DNA of 36,491 bases. It comes from Octopus sinensis (taxonomy: Eukaryota). Made by a program: the position numbers and the translations under genes. The stretch spans positions 1 to 36,491 of the forward strand of contig NW_021831675.1 in assembly GCF_006345805.1 (NCBI RefSeq). The letters are read 5' to 3'. Below, piece by piece: positions 32,641-36,491 of the stretch (its first letter is position 1; every line of letters starts with the position of its first letter). Under the pieces are notes generated by a model. The model saw only the letters and a list, made by a program, of their open reading frames with translations. It searched no databases and had not been told where the DNA came from.

Positions 32641-32900
32641 TGGGTATTTGTCAATTTATAGATTTTTTGATTGATCGGATCTAGAAATTGAGTGGTCGCT
32701 CGCTGCGCTCGGTCGCTCGCTGCGCTCGCGACATAATAAAATGGTATGGTGTGTGTCTGTCTGTCTGTCTGTCTGTGTGTGCACACCAACTTCAAATTGG
32801 CAAATTACAGATAAATTGTCAAAATCATTCCTCCTTATAATATTAGTCAATAATGGGGAACAAGCTTAAAATCATAAACTCGTCCAAGAATCTTCAACCC

Positions 32901-33670
32901 TACGATGTCCTCGACTTACATGATGAGGTCCTTAAAACCTTCCCGCCAAAAAATCAAAAAATTATTTTCTGCATTTGATTAAAATTAACAACTACGATGT
33001 CCTCGACATTCATGATGAGGTCCTTAAAACCATCCCCCCCAAAAAAAATTAAAAAAAAATTTTCTGCATTTTGGCTAAAATGAACAACCACGATGTCCTC
33101 GACTTACATGATGGGGTCCTTAAAACCTTGCCCCAAAAAAAAATAAAAAAAATTTTCTGCATTTTGGTTAAAATGAACAACTACGAAGTCCTCGACTTAC
33201 ATGATGGGGTCCTTAAAACCTTCCCCCAAAAAAAAATAAAAAAAATTTTCTGCATTTTGGTTAAAATGAACAACTACGAAGTCCTCGACTTACATGATGG
33301 GGTCCTTAAAACCTTCCCCCAAAAAAAAATAAAAAAAATTTTCTGCATTTTGGTTAAAATGAACAACTACGAAGTCCTCGACTTACATGATGGGGTCCTT
33401 AAAACCTTCCCCCAAAAAAAAATAAAAAAAATTTTCTGCATTTTGGTTAAAATGAACAACTACGAAGTCCTCGACTTACATGATGGGGTCCTTAAAACCT
33501 TCCCCCCAAAAAAAAATAAAAAAAATTTTCTGCATTTTGGTTAAAATGAACAACTACGATGTCCTCGACTTACATGATGAGGTCCTTGAAACCTTCCCGC
33601 CAAAAAATCAAAAAATTATTTTCTGCATTTGATTAAAATGAACAACGTTAATGTCCTCGACATTCATGAT
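32901..33670. repeat. Minisatellite, ~93-bp unit, about 9 copies (reverse complement of the left array unit)
   Basis: TACGA(T/A)GTCCTCGACTTACATGATG(A/G)GGTCCTTAAAACC... units. Confidence 0.95.
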
Positions 33671-33910
33671 GAGGTCCATTAAAACTTTCGAGGCAAAAAT
33701 CTCACGTATTAAGAATATCCTTGATGAAAACGACAGCGAGAATATTAACACTGATGAACTCCTAATTATTCGCGAGAAATAAATTCAATTCATCACATGT
33801 TTTTCTCTTTAAAATTAAATGCATATATCATTATCGACATGAATCAAAATTAAAGCTATTATCATATTTGACTTTGACAGAATGTGCAATTACAGATTGC
33901 ACGACTTTGA

Positions 33911-34202
33911 ATAGAGTGTGCAATTAACAGATTTTGAAAAACCACTTTGATAGTTGAAACCACATTAGCACAATCATTAACACAATTTACCACCAATTTA
34001 CACACGACCTTGAATAGAGTGTGCAATTAACAGATTTTGAAAAACACTTTGATAGTTGAAACCACATTAGCACAATCATTAACACAATTTACCACCAATT
34101 TACGCACGACCTTGAATAGAGTGTGCAATTAACAGATTTTGAAAAACACTTTGATAGTTGAAACCACATTAGCACAATCATTAACACAATTTACCACCAA
34201 TT
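33911..34202. repeat. ~102-bp tandem repeat, about 3 copies (2 copies in the left Helitron)
   Basis: ATAGAGTGTGCAATTAACAGATTTTG... starts at 33911, 34014 and 34116. Confidence 0.9.
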
Positions 34203-34789
34203 GACAGCGCCATCAGAAGAATTTGCGTAAAAATATTAACTATTTAGTTAAGTTTTTCGTAAAGCTAGAATTTATTTTCGGTATGCCTCTTTTCCTAAAC
34301 TTTTTTATTATTCAAAAATAATTTTTTAAATAGATAACCGAAGGAGGGAAGACGACCTTAAGAAAAGAAGTTTTTCGTAAAGATAGAATTTATTTTTTGT
34401 ATGCCTCTTTTTTCCTAATATTTTTTATTATTCAAAAATAATTTTTTAAATAGATAACCAAAGGAGGAAAAACGAAGCTGAAGAAAAAACGGTCAGCTTA
34501 AGGTAATTAATTAAATCTTTTTTTGTGTGTCGCTTTTTTGGCTGCTGCTACTCTGCTTGCCCCATTTCCGCCAGTGGTTTGTCTAATCAAGGTCACTAAG
34601 CTAAATCTCCGGACTATAAAGGCTCTTAAGCATTATCTTAATTGGCTGTTAAAAAAATTAGACAGGTTGTTGCCGTGGCGGCAGAGATTTTTTTGTTTAT
34701 ACTATTTTACAAATTTTTAAAGTTTTGTTTTTGTTATTTTTTTGTTTTTAAATTATTTATTTGTTTTTTTTTATTTTTTTTGTTATTTT

Positions 34790-35270
34790 CTACAAATTCA
34801 ACCGGATTGAATTTTTAAACTCCTTAGATCCCTCTGGAATGCCGAATCATCTTTTAAAGTTAAAGATAGGCGTTCCAGTGGTTTCATTACGAAATCTTGC
34901 GCCACCTAAATTATGCAACGGAACGAGGTTAGTTATCAAAAATTTGATGGCTAACGTAATAGAGGCGACGATATTAACAGGTAAGTATAGAGGTGAGGAT
35001 GTTTATATTCCACGAATTCCGATAATTTCTGATGAATTACCATTTAGATTTAAAAGGCTGCAATTTCCTTTGAGGATGAGTTTTGCACTGACAATAAACA
35101 AGGCCCAGGGACAGTCATTAAAGGTAGTTGGGTTATTTTTAGAGAGTGAGTGCTTTTCACATGGACAGCTGTATGTGGGATGCTCGAGGGTAGGCAGAAG
35201 AGAAAATTTATTCATATATGCCAAGGAAGGACGGACGACAAACATCGTTTATCAACAGGCGATGAAATAG
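34790..35270 (+). pseudogene. Helitron PIF1-like helicase C-terminal remnant
   Basis: [21 protein letters not shown]...[14 protein letters not shown]...[24 protein letters not shown]...[13 protein letters not shown], located just upstream of the CTAG end. Confidence 0.92.
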
Positions 35271-35759
35271 GGTTACATTAAACCAGGTAGTTTTATACAT
35301 CTACATAAACTTATAGTTGTTTGATGAAACAGGCCCTCTGCAGGAGCTAGGTCGCGGTGAGCGAAGCGAGCTGCCGAGCTAGTTTTAGATAAAATAAGAG
35401 ATGAATTATTGCTTTTTTAAATAATTTTAAGTCAATTATTAAGTTAATAAAAATAAATTTGTATTCCTACTTGGAAACCACAGACAACATGATTTCTTTT
35501 TTATTAGCAATGGGTACATTTCCCGCTATTATTCAGCTTTGATGTTCAAAAGGAAATTGCTCAATATATCAAATCTATCAAAAAACAAAAACTATTTTTT
35601 AAACATAGCTACGATGGTTTTATTGAACATTTAAAATATTTTAATCCCGAAAATCAAATTAGATTGCTTTAAACAGTTCAAATATTGGAGTATTCAGAAA
35701 ATGATTGTAAAAATAAGAGACGAAATAAAAATATATTTAAAGTAATTTATCATGAATTG

Positions 35760-36130
35760 TCAAAAATCCTTAAAGAACGGTTTAATTTATATTTATTTTT
35801 TAGATTTTCTTTGTTCCTATGCTCACATATGACTGGGACAGACAAAAAAATTCCACTTATGATTGGAAAGTTCCAGAAACCTCGATGCTTTAAAAATTTT
35901 TAAGTTGAAAATTTTGTCGATTGCTGTCATTCACCAAAAGCATGGACGACAAGAAATATTTTTAACGAATGACTTTTAACATAGGATAGGCATCTAAAAA
36001 ACGAAAAATCCTTTTAGTTATGGATCGATGCCCATCCCATAAACTTTACGCTGATTTAGAGTCAATTGAAATTATTTACCTACCTTCGAAGACTACAACA
36101 ATTCTACAACCAATGGATCAAGAAATCATT
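35760..36130 (+). mobile_element. pogo/Tigger (DDE_1) transposase remnant
   Basis: MTGTDKKIPLMIGKFQKPRCFK...KAW...MDRCPSH...YLPSKTTTILQPMDQEII, with stops and frameshifts. Confidence 0.75.
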
Positions 36131-36135
36131 AGTCA

Positions 36136-36336
36136 TTCATTAATCAATTTGAAGCATGTTTTGGGGTACATTTATATAAATTTAATTTTCAAAATTTTAA
36201 AGAATTCCTTCCTTTAATGAAAATATTCGCAACTCAATTCAGCGTGGAAATTAAGGATGCGCCTGCAAAGTTTCAACTTGAACTCATTAATTTACAACAT
36301 GATATAGAACTGGCGGCATTGTTCAAAAATGCGTCC
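36136..36336 (+). mobile_element. Second copy of the hAT remnant
   Basis: Reverse complement of 25876-26076 with few substitutions. Confidence 0.7.
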
Positions 36337-36491
36337 ATTATTTATTTACTAAATCACCAAGACCACGCTAAAAACCGAACAAATGTCACGTGATCCCGAT
36401 GCACTCAACCAGGGACCTCATCCTCGCTCGGTGTTCTTTCCACGAGCCCACACAAGATCGCACAGGGCGGGATGCCGTTTTTGGCGGAGCA

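Larger units (their letters stand above)
29278..32733. mobile_element. Non-autonomous TIR element, TGT...ACA ends, 29-bp TIRs, TAATA TSD
   Basis: TGTCGCGAGCGCAGCG(C/A)GCGACCGAGCGC at 29278-29306 and inverted at 32705-32733 (1 mismatch). TAATA at 29273-29277 and 32734-32738. Confidence 0.75.
29267..35382 (+). mobile_element. Non-autonomous Helitron (right copy) with a nested TIR element and a helicase remnant
   Basis: A|TCTTAATAATA at 29267 resumes as TAATAAAATGGTATGG at 32734. It shares the minisatellite and 102-bp repeat with the left copy, and ends with a hairpin and CTAG|T at 35382. Confidence 0.88.

Noticed and set aside
34761-35270. Autonomous Helitron or cellular PIF1 gene
   Set aside because: Only the last ~155 codons remain, there is no Rep domain, and the ORF start is AT-rich low-complexity sequence.
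36340-36491. GC-richer sequence at the window end, possibly the start of another element
   Set aside because: It is too short and has no recognisable motif.

Overview
Eukaryotic (animal-type) genomic DNA, mostly nested transposable elements plus a compact block of host genes whose GT-AG introns are only 21-30 nt. Such introns suggest a genome-reduced parasitic animal such as a dicyemid (inference). Two copies of one non-autonomous Helitron family point outward and bracket the window (292-7462 minus, 29267-35382 plus); the left copy carries a ~6 kb array of a ~94-bp minisatellite. Between them lie CRE-like, RTE-like and R4-like non-LTR retrotransposons, a Tc1 remnant and a hAT remnant; an APE-RT LINE and a TG...CA TIR element sit inside the right Helitron, and pogo and hAT remnants follow it. 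Host genes: a TDRD12-like piRNA factor cut by a retrotransposon, SDR, NCKX and MON1-like fragments, USE1, and an orphan secreted-protein gene. The most notable observations are: (1) two diverged R4-like retrotransposons both switch to the -1 frame at the same G_GGA_AAG slippery heptamer, a candidate programmed ribosomal frameshift in a group that normally has one ORF; (2) a fully reconstructable twin-priming 5' inversion in an RTE-like LINE; (3) a TIR element with a 5-bp TSD inserted into the first bases of a Helitron. All homology calls come from motif recognition by eye, not database searches.
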